From NCBI GenBank assembly GCA_963739415.1, contig CAVUAJ010000001.1, positions 247,420-279,419 on the forward strand: DNA of 32,000 nt, written 5' to 3'. Both the position numbers and the translations under genes were made by a program. This stretch comes from an uncultured Methanobacteriaceae archaeon. Its GTDB lineage: Archaea; Methanobacteriota; Methanobacteria; Methanobacteriales; Methanobacteriaceae. The notes beneath the pieces were generated by a model. The model saw only the letters and a list, made by a program, of their open reading frames with translations, was not told where the DNA came from and ran no database searches. Shown in pieces: positions 17,652 through 28,299 of this stretch (position 1 is its first letter; the number at the start of each line of letters is the position of its first letter).

Positions 17652-18776
17652 ATGAATAAAACGAAGAAGCTGGAAATTCTAGCTGAAAGTGCTAGATATG
17701 ACCGCTGCAATCACATAAATTCAAATGTAGAAAGTTTTTTGAGAGGAAAACTACCCGGAGTATATAATGCTAGCACCGCCAATGGTTGTAAAGTACCTTT
17801 ATTAAAGGTTTTGATGACTAATAAATGCTCAAATGATTGTCGATATTGTATTAATCATAATAAGCATCAGTTTAATAGGGTGGAATTTTCACCAGAAGAG
17901 CTTACTTCCCTTTTTTTAGATTATTATCAAAATAGGTATGTAGAAGGATTATTTTTAAGTTCAGGAATCCCTAATGATGCTGAAAATTCCATGGAAAACA
18001 TGGTGGAAGTTCTCCAAAAACTCCGTTTGGAATATGGGTATAAGGGTTATATACATCTCAAAATTCTTCCAGGTACTTCTTATGATCTAATTAAAAGAGC
18101 TATGAGTCTAGCTGATAGAGTGAGTGTAAATATAGAAGCAGCTACTCCAGAAGGTCTAAGTGATCTTAGTAGTACAAAAAAATATGATACAGATATTATA
18201 AGACGTATTAATTGGATTAAAAAACTGAGGAAGAGGGATGAAAATCTGGCACCCTCTGGTCAAACCACCCAATTCATTGTAGGTGCCACCGATGAAACAG
18301 ACTTACAGATTCTAGATCGAGTTAATTGGTTATATAAGAAAATGGATATCAAAAGAAGTTATTTTAGTACTTTTGAGCCCATGAAACATACATCTTTAGA
18401 ATTTCGTGAAGGGCCTTCTCCTAAAAGAAGTCCTAGACTATATCAAGCTGATTTTTTACTTAACTCTTATGGCTTTAGTTTGGATGAATTGGTTTTTAAT
18501 GAAGAAGATAATCTAAAATTAGATGTTGATCCTAAATATTACTCAGCATTATCTCATAAAGAGCTTTTTCCTGTTGAAATTAATGAAGCTCATTATCAAG
18601 AACTTCTACGGGTACCAGGAATAGGTAAAGTATCTGCTGCAAGAATTGTACGTGATAGAAAGTTGGGTACTTGTTTTGAAAAATTAGAAGATCTTAAAAA
18701 TATTGGCGTTGTAACTAGTAGAGCTGAACCCTTTATTAAATTGAATAAAAAGTACCAAAGCACTCTTGAATTTTAG
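17652..18776 (+). CDS. radical SAM protein of the putative DNA modification/repair type, with a C-terminal helix-hairpin-helix
   Basis: CSNDCRYC (C-x3-C-x2-C). N-terminal [51 protein letters not shown] and [16 protein letters not shown] (HhH) follow the layout I recall for the bacterial family that is normally linked to a UDG-like partner. Confidence 0.7.
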   Translation: MNKTKKLEILAESARYDRCNHINSNVESFLRGKLPGVYNASTANGCKVPLLKVLMTNKCSNDCRYCINHNKHQFNRVEFSPEELTSLFLDYYQNRYVEGLFLSSGIPNDAENSMENMVEVLQKLRLEYGYKGYIHLKILPGTSYDLIKRAMSLADRVSVNIEAATPEGLSDLSSTKKYDTDIIRRINWIKKLRKRDENLAPSGQTTQFIVGATDETDLQILDRVNWLYKKMDIKRSYFSTFEPMKHTSLEFREGPSPKRSPRLYQADFLLNSYGFSLDELVFNEEDNLKLDVDPKYYSALSHKELFPVEINEAHYQELLRVPGIGKVSAARIVRDRKLGTCFEKLEDLKNIGVVTSRAEPFIKLNKKYQSTLEF

Positions 18777-18810
18777 AATCAACCTCTATTTTCTATAATT
18801 ATAAAATAAT

Positions 18811-18922
18811 TAATAAGTATAACTTATAAGTTATAAGGTATGCAGTTATAAGTTTTAAGTTAAAACTTAAATATTATAAGTGATAAGTTAAAACTCATAA
18901 ATGATAAGTTATAAGTTATTAT
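18811..18922. repeat. array B: TTATAAG-type heptad array immediately downstream of the par operon
   Basis: TAATAAG, TATAAC, TTATAAG, TTATAAG (18811-18837). After an 8-bp break there are 11 in-phase heptads at 18846-18922: TTATAAG, TTTTAAG, TTAAAAC, TTAAATA, TTATAAG, TGATAAG, TTAAAAC, TCATAAA, TGATAAG, TTATAAG, TTATTAT. The last heptad overlaps the stop codon of the 141-aa ORF. Confidence 0.9.
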
Positions 18923-19344
18923 AATCCTTTTTCCTCAAAGATCATCCAAATATCAGGGTATCTATTTTTTACTGCTTCTTCAATGAGCGTTGAAGCTTCA
19001 TTACTAATACTAAATTCAGGCTTTGTTTTCTTTAGAAATCTCAAAACTGCTGCGGACTTTGCTGACCATAATGAGATGCGAGGATTTTTATGAACGTCTA
19101 GAAGGACATCATTTATAACTCCCTCATCAAAATTTTCATTTTGAACAGAATTAACTTTATTTTCAACATCCTCTGCTATTTTATTATTCATTTCAGGTTT
19201 TGAAGTTGATTCATCTGTTTCAAGTTTTGTTTTATCCGTTTCTTCTTTAACTTCTTCTTCATCCAAGTAATTACTTCGTATAAGGGCATCTAATCCTTTT
19301 CCTAAAGCACTATCCGGTTTCTTCTTAACGTTTTTAGAGGTCAT
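18919..19344 (-). CDS. 141-aa ParA partner candidate: ParB-like N-terminal peptide, acidic linker, possible RHH DNA-binding C-terminus
   Basis: The N-terminus MTSKNVKKKPDSALGKGLDALIRS matches the conserved ParB/Spo0J N-terminal LG(K/R)GLxAL peptide. Residues ~27-75 are D/E/K/N-rich. The C-terminus PRISLWSAKSAAVLRFLKKTKPEFSISNEASTLIEEAVKNRYP has a strand-helix-helix pattern. Its ATG lies 3 nt after the parA stop, and its GGAGG RBS sits inside the parA 3' end. Confidence 0.6.
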   Translation of the reverse strand: MTSKNVKKKPDSALGKGLDALIRSNYLDEEEVKEETDKTKLETDESTSKPEMNNKIAEDVENKVNSVQNENFDEGVINDVLLDVHKNPRISLWSAKSAAVLRFLKKTKPEFSISNEASTLIEEAVKNRYPDIWMIFEEKGL

Positions 19345-19347
19345 TTA

Positions 19348-20127
19348 TTAACCTCCCAATCTTTCTAGTTTCAAAAGTTCTTCAGCAAGCTTTTGATAAG
19401 CAATTGTACCATTACATTCTTCATCATAAATTATGCAAGGTTTACCATGACTAGGGGCTTCAGCAAGCTTTACGTTACGTGGAATAGTGGTCTTAAATAT
19501 GTTCTCGGTCTCTCCAAAGTATTCCTTTACATTATTGTATACATCCCTTCCCAAACGGGTTCTAGAATCATATAAAGTTAGAAGAATTCCTTTAATTGGT
19601 GAAGGACTGTGTAAACGAGTTTCAACTAGACCCATGGCTCTAATAAGATCAGCCATTCCCTCCAATGCATAGAATTCGGCTTGTATGGGTATTATAACAC
19701 TGTCCGATGCCACTATTGAATTTAAAGTTAATAAGCCTAAAGAAGGAGGCACGTCGATGAAAACATAATCATATTGATCACCAATTCCCTCCATAGACTC
19801 TTTTAATATGGAATGAGGGCCTATAGTTTTGCTTAATTCGATTTCAGCACCGCTTAAGGATATATTACTAGGAACTAATTCTAAATCAGGGATATCTGTA
19901 TTAACGATAGATTCTTGTAGGGTATTTTGTCCCGTTAAAACGGAATATATTGAAATGTTTTGCTCATTTTTTTCTATTCCTAGTCCAGTGGTTGCGTTTC
20001 CCTGAGGATCCATATCTATCAACAAAATTTTTCTGCCTAGAAGGGCTAAAGCAGCTGATAAATTCACTGCAGTGGTGGTTTTACCACACCCGCCCTTTTG
20101 ATTTAGTATTGCAATTATTTCAGCCAT
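19348..20127 (-). CDS. parA: ParA/Soj-type partition ATPase (deviant Walker A)
   Basis: AILNQKGGCGKTTTAVNL (KGGxGKT), LLIDMDPQGNAT, SGAEIEL, YVFIDVPPSLGLLTLN, PIQAEFYALEG, TIPRNVKLAEAPSHGKP. 259 aa with no N-terminal HTH extension. GGAGG at 20139-20143. Confidence 0.9.
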   Translation of the reverse strand: MAEIIAILNQKGGCGKTTTAVNLSAALALLGRKILLIDMDPQGNATTGLGIEKNEQNISIYSVLTGQNTLQESIVNTDIPDLELVPSNISLSGAEIELSKTIGPHSILKESMEGIGDQYDYVFIDVPPSLGLLTLNSIVASDSVIIPIQAEFYALEGMADLIRAMGLVETRLHSPSPIKGILLTLYDSRTRLGRDVYNNVKEYFGETENIFKTTIPRNVKLAEAPSHGKPCIIYDEECNGTIAYQKLAEELLKLERLGG

Positions 20128-20152
20128 AAAAAAACAATCCTCCGTACTTTTA

Positions 20153-20187
20153 TGATAAGTTCTAAATTATAAGTTATAAGTTATAAT
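20153..20187. repeat. array C: 5 in-phase heptads (TGATAAG TTCTAAA TTATAAG TTATAAG TTATAAT) in the parA promoter/5' leader region
   Basis: Read directly from the sequence. The array starts 10 bp upstream of the parA RBS. A TATA-like TTTATATTA on the minus strand lies just beyond it (about 20186-20196). Confidence 0.9.
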
Positions 20188-20264
20188 ATAAATATTTGAT
20201 CATGAAAAAAAGAATATTACTCATTTTTTAAATTAATTAATAGCAAAAAATAAGTAAGGAGTTT

Positions 20265-20274
20265 AAAAAAAAAA
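20265..20274 (-). terminator. T10 run downstream of thrS (archaeal oligo-T terminator)
   Basis: A10 on the plus strand, i.e. T10 on the minus strand, 20-30 nt after the thrS stop codon. Confidence 0.5.
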
Positions 20275-20293
20275 TAAATTATATATAAACAAA

Positions 20294-22129
20294 TTAGAAG
20301 TTAACTCGTTCCGAGAGTTTTAATGATAACGGAAGCTTTCTGAATGGCATATTAGCTGTATCCCCATGTACTCTGTCAATTAACTCATCACCACTCATTA
20401 AAGTTTTTTCATTGCTTTCCCGAATATTAACCATTAATTGACCATTTTCAAGTTCTTTATCTCCAACTACAATCACATATGGGATCCATTCATTTCCAGC
20501 GTTCCGTATTTTTTTTCCAACTGTTTCTGGCCGGTCATCTACATCGATTCTGATATTTTGTTTCATTAAATCATCAGCCAATAGTAGAGCAAAATCTAAA
20601 TGTCTCTCAGAAATTGGTAATACTCTAACTTGTGTAGGTGAAAGCCATACTGGAAACATGGGTAGTTTTTCAGCCATTTTAATGGCGGTTTTTTCAAGTA
20701 AACTACCTATAACTCTTTCAATACTACCTGTGGGGCTGCAGTGGATGATTATGGGATGTGATTCCTCTTCGTCTGGATTAATGTAAGTTACACCAAATCT
20801 TTCTGCACTTTCCACATCAATTTGGATAGTGGGGTTTTCCATAGGTCTACCCAAATAGTCGATAGCTGCAAAATCCATTTTACAAATCCAGTAATGTTTT
20901 CTTTTAGGTAATATCTCTAATATAATTGGTTTTCCTATTAAATCCGCTGCTTCGTAAACCCATTTTCGATTCTCCTTTAGGAAATCTGCAGTTACTCTCA
21001 TTATAACTTCATAATTGAGTTGCAGATCTTGCCCTGTTTGACTGCACATAGAAATTTGATTGTTGAATTCTTGCATAGATTGTTCCATATCCGCACATAC
21101 CGTGTGTAGATCTGGCATAGTGAAGCCTCTTAGTCTTTTAAGTCCTACAACCTCTCCACTTTTTTCTAATCGGAAGCTGTAAGTTGATAATTCGTAAATT
21201 GCGAGGGGAAGATTCTTCCAAGTTATGAAGGTGTCAGCTAATATTCTGAATGCACCAAAACAACATGCGTATCTGAGCATGAGCTCTTTATTTTTAGTTT
21301 GCATACGGTATTGTCGTTCCCCAAATTTCTCAGCGTGGACTCTGATAGCTTCATCTTTTAAATCATACATTATAGGGGTTTCCACGGGCATGGCCCCTCT
21401 TTCGGTTACTAAATTATAAACATAATCTGCTAAAAGATCTCTGATTAGCCTTCCTTTCGGATACCATCTAAGATGACCTATATCTGCTGATGGCTCATAA
21501 CCTGCTAAATTCTTCTCTCTCATAAGTTTAACGTGTGGAGGTTCTTCACCTGAAGATTTAGTTCTATCTAATTCATAATCAACCAGTTTTTGAAAATCAC
21601 TATTTTGAGAGGCAAAATCATCCACATTGTATAGTTTTCCTTTATTTAAGATGTGAAATTCAGATTTTTGGATATTCTGTTCTTCATTTGGTTTGGTTTC
21701 AGTTTTTTCGGGGAGAATGGTTCTAGAAAGTTCTGATAGTGGATGGCCTTTGCAGGAGATTTCGAAGGATTTATACCAGCCGAACGGAACTCTAGCAACA
21801 TTAAGATTCTGTGCCTTTAATTTAGCCTCCATATTATGTAATATCTTTTTTGCAACTTCAGGAGAACTTAATGATGAGCTTAAGTGAGCATAAGGATAAA
21901 TAACAACAGTTTCTGCACCTATCTTGGAGAAGATGTCAGCTATCTCTATTGCAGCATTTTCCACTACTGCATCGGGATTTTTTTCATCTTCTTTTTCAAC
22001 TGCGGTGAAAACTACTAATGAATTTTTAAATTCACCTTCTTTATTTTCATCCGCTATTTCTTCAGCTATTTTGGTTTTAGACTTGGCTTTATATTTTATG
22101 TAATTAGAATGAATTAGGAGTATTCTCAT
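20294..22129 (-). CDS. thrS: threonyl-tRNA synthetase, archaeal type with the N-terminal archaea-specific editing domain
   Basis: 611 aa. [19 protein letters not shown].. is the archaeal ThrRS editing-domain N-terminus. Class II core motifs ([33 protein letters not shown]) and a C-terminal anticodon-binding domain. Confidence 0.9.
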   Translation of the reverse strand: MRILLIHSNYIKYKAKSKTKIAEEIADENKEGEFKNSLVVFTAVEKEDEKNPDAVVENAAIEIADIFSKIGAETVVIYPYAHLSSSLSSPEVAKKILHNMEAKLKAQNLNVARVPFGWYKSFEISCKGHPLSELSRTILPEKTETKPNEEQNIQKSEFHILNKGKLYNVDDFASQNSDFQKLVDYELDRTKSSGEEPPHVKLMREKNLAGYEPSADIGHLRWYPKGRLIRDLLADYVYNLVTERGAMPVETPIMYDLKDEAIRVHAEKFGERQYRMQTKNKELMLRYACCFGAFRILADTFITWKNLPLAIYELSTYSFRLEKSGEVVGLKRLRGFTMPDLHTVCADMEQSMQEFNNQISMCSQTGQDLQLNYEVIMRVTADFLKENRKWVYEAADLIGKPIILEILPKRKHYWICKMDFAAIDYLGRPMENPTIQIDVESAERFGVTYINPDEEESHPIIIHCSPTGSIERVIGSLLEKTAIKMAEKLPMFPVWLSPTQVRVLPISERHLDFALLLADDLMKQNIRIDVDDRPETVGKKIRNAGNEWIPYVIVVGDKELENGQLMVNIRESNEKTLMSGDELIDRVHGDTANMPFRKLPLSLKLSERVNF

Positions 22130-22412
22130 TTCATACCACCAGCAATTATAATATAATTGGTAAAAATTCTAATAAAAAAATATTCAATTTATAAGATATT
22201 TATATCCTATCATGTTCCATATAATTTATATAGATGTTAAAATAGTTCAATTTACTAATTTAAAATATTCATTTTAAAGAACTAATTCTAAAACAGGATA
22301 AAAAAAATCAATCTATTTAGATACAATTATTATCTAACTATATAGCAAAATAATCTATTTTGTATATGTATTATAATTTAAAGTAAGATAAATTTTCATG
22401 GTGAATTTTGAA

Positions 22413-24068
22413 ATGAAAAGTGATAATATTAAAAAGGGACTACATAGAGCTCCCCACAGATCCTTACTCCGAGCCTGTGGTGTTACAGATGAAGAGATGA
22501 AACGACCATTCATTGGGGTGGCTAACAGTTTCACAGATATAGTTCCAGGGCATATCCATCTTAATCAAGTTTCTGAAGCTGTAAAATTAGGTATAAGTGA
22601 AGTTGGTGGACTACCTTTTGAATTTAATACCATGGCTATCTGTGATGGAATTGCCATGAATCACGAGGGTATGCGCTATTCCTTAGCATCCCGCGAAATT
22701 ATAGCAGATACCGTTGAAAGTATGGCCCAAGCTCATCAATTTGATGCTTTAGTTCTTATACCTACATGTGATAAAATAGTGCCAGGAATGCTAATGGCGG
22801 CAGCTAGAGTTGATATTCCCGCCATTGTAGTTACTGGAGGTCCTATGTTACCCGGGGATTATAATGGAAAACCTGTAAATTTAATAACAATTTATGAAGC
22901 TGTAGGGGCAGTTTCATCGGGAAAAATGGCGGAGGAAGAATTAAATGAACTAGAACGCTGCGCATGTCCAGGTGCAGGTTCTTGTGCTGGTCTTTTTACA
23001 GCTAACACCATGGCATGTCTCACTGAAGCCATGGGTATGAGTTTACCTTATTGCGCCACGGCTCATGCTGTTTCTGCAAAAAAAATTCAAATTGCAAGGG
23101 AATCCGGAAAGCAAATTATGAAGTTATTGTATAAAAATATAACTCCCTCTAAAATAATGTCTCAAAAAGCCTTTGAAAATGCTGTGGTAGTTGATTTAGC
23201 ACTGGGTGGTTCTTCAAATAGCACTCTACATTTACCTGCAATAGCTTATGAGTTAATTGATGAGGGAGTTAAAGTAGATCTGGATTTATTCGAAGATTTC
23301 AGCAGGAAAATTCCCCATATTGCAAGCATAAGTCCTGCAGGAGAACATAGCATGCTTGATTTAGATAAAGCTGGTGGTATTCCTGCCGTATTAACAGAAC
23401 TAAACAGTAATATTCATCAAAATGTGGTCACGTGCACTGGAAAAAGTCTGAAAGAAAATATTGAAAATGTAAAAGTTAAGGACCATACCGTTATAAGAAG
23501 TTTGGATAATCCTGTTCATCAAGAAGGAGGATTAGCTATTTTGAAGGGTAATTTAGCTCCTAAGGGCAGTGTAGTTAAGCAAAGTGCGGTTGAGCCGAAT
23601 ATGATGATCCATAAAGGTCCTGCTCGAGTTTTTGATAGTGAAGAAGAATGTGTAAAAGCTATTTTCCAAGGTGAAATTCAAGAAGGCGATGTAATTATTA
23701 TACGATATGAAGGTCCTAAGGGGGGACCGGGAATGAGGGAAATGCTAAATCCCACCTCCGCCATATCTGGAATAGGAATTAAATCTGTAGTCCTAATAAC
23801 GGATGGGAGATTCTCAGGGGGTACTAGAGGTCCCTGTATCGGCCATGTGTCACCAGAAGCTGCAGCAAACGGACCCATATCAGTTGTTCGTGATGGGGAT
23901 ATAATCAGGATAGATATCCCAAAGAGAAAACTGGAATTTGAAGTATCAGATAAAGAAATTAAAAGAAGACTTAAAGACGTCGTTAAACCTCAAAGAAATG
24001 TTAAAGGCTGGTTATCAAGGTATATGAGAATGGCTAGTTCTGCAGATGAAGGAGCAGTCCTAAAATAG
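22413..24068 (+). CDS. ilvD: dihydroxy-acid dehydratase
   Basis: [73 protein letters not shown] 22413 (GGTGA 8 nt upstream) is preferred over 22398. Confidence 0.92.
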   Translation: MKSDNIKKGLHRAPHRSLLRACGVTDEEMKRPFIGVANSFTDIVPGHIHLNQVSEAVKLGISEVGGLPFEFNTMAICDGIAMNHEGMRYSLASREIIADTVESMAQAHQFDALVLIPTCDKIVPGMLMAAARVDIPAIVVTGGPMLPGDYNGKPVNLITIYEAVGAVSSGKMAEEELNELERCACPGAGSCAGLFTANTMACLTEAMGMSLPYCATAHAVSAKKIQIARESGKQIMKLLYKNITPSKIMSQKAFENAVVVDLALGGSSNSTLHLPAIAYELIDEGVKVDLDLFEDFSRKIPHIASISPAGEHSMLDLDKAGGIPAVLTELNSNIHQNVVTCTGKSLKENIENVKVKDHTVIRSLDNPVHQEGGLAILKGNLAPKGSVVKQSAVEPNMMIHKGPARVFDSEEECVKAIFQGEIQEGDVIIIRYEGPKGGPGMREMLNPTSAISGIGIKSVVLITDGRFSGGTRGPCIGHVSPEAAANGPISVVRDGDIIRIDIPKRKLEFEVSDKEIKRRLKDVVKPQRNVKGWLSRYMRMASSADEGAVLK

Positions 24069-24078
24069 GTGGTTTAAA

Positions 24079-24528
24079 ATGACTAATACTAAAGAAATAA
24101 TAGGTTATGTTGCTATCATAATTATTGGAATAATTCTAGCTCAACATTTAAACGTGGTGGTTTCTGGCAGTATGGAACCTGTTTTTTATAGGGGCGACGT
24201 AGTAGTTATAGAAAAAGCCAATTTTTTAGGCATACAAGAATTTAACACCAGCAACGTAAATGTGGGAGATATAGTAGTATATGATGCTACATGGTTCCCT
24301 CAGCCAGTCATTCACCGCGTTATCTTTAAAGGTACAAGTCCTGACGGACAGTTATACTATGTTACAAAGGGGGATAATAACCCAGGACCCGATCCAGTCG
24401 TGGTTTATCCAAACCAAATAGAGGCTAAAGTAGTTGCGCTAGGCAGTACTCCAGGTATGAATCCTATAAAAATACCATATGTAGGATATATTACCATTTG
24501 GATCAGAGGAATACCTGCATCGAGTTAA
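24079..24528 (+). CDS. signal peptidase I, archaeal/Sec11 type (S26B)
   Basis: N-terminal TM helix, SGSMEP catalytic-serine box, HRV box and TKGDNN box. Starts 10 nt after ilvD, with a GGTGG RBS. Confidence 0.85.
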   Translation: MTNTKEIIGYVAIIIIGIILAQHLNVVVSGSMEPVFYRGDVVVIEKANFLGIQEFNTSNVNVGDIVVYDATWFPQPVIHRVIFKGTSPDGQLYYVTKGDNNPGPDPVVVYPNQIEAKVVALGSTPGMNPIKIPYVGYITIWIRGIPASS

Positions 24529-24549
24529 AATAAAAGTTTGATTCGAATT

Positions 24550-24599
24550 AAAGTAATTTTTTTTTTGAGCAAAAAAAAATATGCTCTTTTAATTACTTT
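24550..24599 (+). terminator. inverted repeat plus T10 run after the signal peptidase gene
   Basis: AAAGTAATT (24550-24558) pairs with AATTACTTT (24591-24599). Nested inside are T10 (24557-24566), GAGC, A9 and GCTC. Confidence 0.45.
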
Positions 24600-24683
24600 T
24601 TTATTTACCATAAATGATAAAAATAATCTGTAGAATAGGTATCATCAAAAATACAGATATATTCAGCTTTCTAAGGAGATTTT

Positions 24684-26381
24684 ATGTATAGAAAATTAGA
24701 ATTAGAGATTATAAAATCAATTAAAGAGGCTATAAAAACTCTAAACTGGGAAATTCCGGATAACATTCCAATAGAGCAACCTCCTCGCGATAATATGGGA
24801 GATATCGCTACATCAATATCATTTGAATTAGCAAGACAACTTAAAAGATCTCCAATGGAAATAAATCAAGAGATTCTACAAGTTATAAAGAAACCAAACA
24901 TCTTCAAACAGGTGGAATCGATAGGTCCTTACTTGAACTTCAGAATTGATTATCAAAAATTTTCGATACTGGTTTTAAAATCAATAAATGAAAATTATGG
25001 AGAATTAGAGAATAAAAATCTTAAGATAATATTAGAACATACTTCAGCGAACCCGAACGGTCCATTACACATCGGTCATATTAGAAATTCTATAATTGGC
25101 GATTCATTAGCACGTATATTAATATCCGCCGGATATACAGTGGAAACTCAGTATTACGTTAATGATATGGGACGCCAAATAGCCATGATAGTGTGGGGAC
25201 TTATAAAACGAGGATATAAAATAGATGAATCTGAAAAATCTGATCACGCCATTGGAAAAACCTATTTACAAGTTAATAAGGACCTAAAAGATAATCCTCA
25301 ATTTAAAAATGAAATTGATAAATTGATGTATATATACGAAGAAGGTAATGATCCTGAAGTTGAAAAAATGTTCAAAATGGTAGTTAATAACTGTTTAGAT
25401 GGGATCGAAACCACTTCAAAGCGTCTGAAAATAAGTCATGATGCTTTCATCTGGGAAAGCGCCTTGGTAAAAGATGGATCTGTATTTGAAATATTAAAAT
25501 CCCTAGAAAGATACCTGCAAAAAAATGAAGTATTGTATCTCAATTTAGAGGACTATGGAATAGAAAAAGAGCTCATATTAACCAGATCTAATGGTACATC
25601 TCTTTATTCCACACGTGACATTGCTTATCATCTTAAAAAATCAAATAACGCTGACATAATAATAGATGTTCTTGGTTCAGATCATAAGCTAGCTATTGAA
25701 CAGTTAAAGATTGCATTAGAGATGATAGGTGGGAAAGAACCTGAAGTAATATTTTATGAATTTATCACTTTACCTGAAGGTTCTATGTCCACTAGACGGG
25801 GTATATTCATCAGCGTTGATGAATTAATGGAAGAATCTGTAGAGAGAGCTCATGATGAAATAAAGAAAAGACGAGAAGACATAGATTTTTTAATTGCTGC
25901 AGATATAGCCGAAAAAATTGGTATTGGAGCTATAAGATATTATATCGCACGTCTTTCACCTGAAAAACATATAGTTTTTAAATGGGATGAAGCTTTGAGC
26001 TTTGAAAGAGGCTGCGCATCTATACAGTATGCTCATGCTCGTGCTTGCAAATTACTCGAGAAAGCTGGTGAATCCGAATTATCTGGAGTTGATTTAGAAA
26101 ATATTCTATTGAATTATGATTTAGAGAGCTTTGAAATGGATTTGATCAAAATTTTATCTCGTTTTACTTTAATAATCGAGGAATCCGCTGAAAGCAGGAA
26201 AGTGCATAGAGTGGCCCAGTATAGCCTAGATTTAGCTAGTGCTTTTAACAAATTTTATAAATCAATGCCAGTAATAGGATCCGATCAGGAAGCTTTCAGA
26301 CTCCTTTTGGTTGATAAATCAAGGATAACTATCAGAAACTCATTGAATCTTCTAGGTATTGATGCACCTGAATCGATGTAA
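24684..26381 (+). CDS. argS: arginyl-tRNA synthetase
   Basis: [15 protein letters not shown] (HIGH motif), the class I catalytic core, and a C-terminal DALR-type anticodon-binding domain ending in ..M. AAGGAG RBS. Confidence 0.92.
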   Translation: MYRKLELEIIKSIKEAIKTLNWEIPDNIPIEQPPRDNMGDIATSISFELARQLKRSPMEINQEILQVIKKPNIFKQVESIGPYLNFRIDYQKFSILVLKSINENYGELENKNLKIILEHTSANPNGPLHIGHIRNSIIGDSLARILISAGYTVETQYYVNDMGRQIAMIVWGLIKRGYKIDESEKSDHAIGKTYLQVNKDLKDNPQFKNEIDKLMYIYEEGNDPEVEKMFKMVVNNCLDGIETTSKRLKISHDAFIWESALVKDGSVFEILKSLERYLQKNEVLYLNLEDYGIEKELILTRSNGTSLYSTRDIAYHLKKSNNADIIIDVLGSDHKLAIEQLKIALEMIGGKEPEVIFYEFITLPEGSMSTRRGIFISVDELMEESVERAHDEIKKRREDIDFLIAADIAEKIGIGAIRYYIARLSPEKHIVFKWDEALSFERGCASIQYAHARACKLLEKAGESELSGVDLENILLNYDLESFEMDLIKILSRFTLIIEESAESRKVHRVAQYSLDLASAFNKFYKSMPVIGSDQEAFRLLLVDKSRITIRNSLNLLGIDAPESM

Positions 26382-26430
26382 AAAAAAGTTCATAAATAAA
26401 GGAATTAAAAGAAATATTAATAAAAATCCT

Positions 26431-27747
26431 TTAGATGCTCTTTATTTCATGCATATGCTGAATTCTTTTTTCTAACAGCTTTAAAGTGCCAACATCTCTG
26501 CGATGGTATACATCTCCCTTCACATATTGCGTTGATGCTTCACAAATCTTTTCCGCATCTGTTATATTATCATCCATAGCTACTAATGCTAAAGCCCTAG
26601 AAGAAGAAGTATATATATTACTATTATTCTGATTTACGGCAGCGTAATAGATTAAAGCCCCTAATTCATTTATTTTATTCTCATTAATATTTAAAACTTG
26701 ATCAGAGCCTTCATTAGTTAAAGGATATCCTTTAGGGACGATATATTTACATACAGTTGCTAAAGGTTTAAAATTAGTTGTCCGTAGATTACCATCAACT
26801 ATATCTTCACATAACTCTACAAAGCTGGATTTAATAAGAGGTAAGACATTCATGGCTTCAGGATCTCCAAATCTAGCATTGTATTCCACTAAACGTGGCC
26901 CATCATCACATAACATGAATTGACCGTAGAGTATACCTTTATACGGCCCTACTTCAGTTTTAATAGCTTTAATAGTCTTTTCCATTATTTTAACCGATTC
27001 TAAATAACTTTTTTTATCTAAAAATGGTAATAATCCATTTTTATCAGAATATGATCCCATTCCCCCAGTTATAGGTCCTATGTCCCCTTCATATGCATGA
27101 GGATGATCTTGAACTGCAGGCATAGGAATAAGATGATCACCATCAACCAAAGCTTGGACAGTAAATTCTTCACCAATTAATCTCTCCTCGATTACTACTC
27201 GAGCGTGTCCTCCAATTTTATTATCGATGATTTCTTTAGCATAGTTTTTAGCATCTTCAGCATCTTTTAAATGTTCTCCAACAATTTTTACACCTTTCCC
27301 ACCAGTTAATCCAATTGGTTTGACTACAACATCCTTGTCTAAATCTTTTATAAAGTCTCCTGCATCTTGAGCGCTGTCAAATACCTTATAAACTAATGAC
27401 CCGTTGATATTATAGTCTTGGAAAAGGTTTCGCATGAATTCTTTATCAGTTTCAATACGAGCTGCTTCCTGAGTTGGCCCCACACATTCTATGCCTATTT
27501 CCTCTAATGAATTGACTATACCTTTTTCTAATGGTGCTTCTGGTCCTATGATGGCCATCTCCACCTTATTTTCTAATGCATATTTTTCGACTCTGGGTAT
27601 ATCATTTTCATTTGAAATTTGGAATTTTGATATCCTAGATATTCCCGGATTATGTTTACTCATAATAGAATATAATTCTGCATCTTCAGCTATAGACTGG
27701 CAAATTGCATGTTCTCTAGCTCCAGTTCCCACTACAAGAATTCTCAT
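26431..27747 (-). CDS. purD: phosphoribosylamine-glycine ligase
   Basis: [14 protein letters not shown], an ATP-grasp core ([33 protein letters not shown]) and a C-terminal SSRALA motif. GGAGG RBS. Confidence 0.92.
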   Translation of the reverse strand: MRILVVGTGAREHAICQSIAEDAELYSIMSKHNPGISRISKFQISNENDIPRVEKYALENKVEMAIIGPEAPLEKGIVNSLEEIGIECVGPTQEAARIETDKEFMRNLFQDYNINGSLVYKVFDSAQDAGDFIKDLDKDVVVKPIGLTGGKGVKIVGEHLKDAEDAKNYAKEIIDNKIGGHARVVIEERLIGEEFTVQALVDGDHLIPMPAVQDHPHAYEGDIGPITGGMGSYSDKNGLLPFLDKKSYLESVKIMEKTIKAIKTEVGPYKGILYGQFMLCDDGPRLVEYNARFGDPEAMNVLPLIKSSFVELCEDIVDGNLRTTNFKPLATVCKYIVPKGYPLTNEGSDQVLNINENKINELGALIYYAAVNQNNSNIYTSSSRALALVAMDDNITDAEKICEASTQYVKGDVYHRRDVGTLKLLEKRIQHMHEIKSI

Positions 27748-28299
27748 AAATAAATCCTCCTAATATCTTCTTTTTGATCGGGAATTTCTCTTTGAAATAT
27801 TTATTCTAACATGTTCCATTAAAGAAGAATTTTAAGTGAATAAATATATCATTCAGTAGCATAAGTTGAGGAATGATAAATATTATTTACTTTATTTAGT
27901 TAATTTAATTTAACTTTAATAATTTATATTAATTAGATCACTAATGAAGAAATAAAAATAATTTTTAAAAATCTTTGAAATTGATCTAAAAAAAAATCAG
28001 TTTAGTTAATTTTTTTAATTATTTCTTCTATGATGGAACGTAGGTCTTTTGATAAAAAATTAATCCAAATAAAATAAGGTAATTTTTGGCAAAATTCCTG
28101 TATCTCCAAAAAAAATTGATGTAGATAAAAAATTTAACATTATTCTAAGATTATAGTAAATTCTATAAAAAAAAGATGAAAGAAATATATAAGTTCCAAT
28201 AGTAATAATCATGAATTGTAGTGCTAAAGTATTGATGAAAAATGTTATATATTGATTTATTTCACCGATTAAAAAATAAGTATATAAAGGTGTTTTTTT

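Noticed and set aside
22317-22337. TTAGATA-N7-TATCTAA inverted repeat and AATCTATTT direct repeat upstream of ilvD
   Set aside because: A 7-bp AT-only palindrome in 280 bp of ~75% AT sequence is expected by chance. No known regulator motif was recognised.
28060-28212. 50-aa hydrophobic minus-strand ORF (MIITIGTYIFLSSFFYRIYYNL..) in the 550-bp purD-ilvB spacer
   Set aside because: It has no RBS. The F/I/Y/L/N-rich composition is what random AT-rich DNA encodes, and there is nothing conserved to recognise. It would need expression or conservation data.
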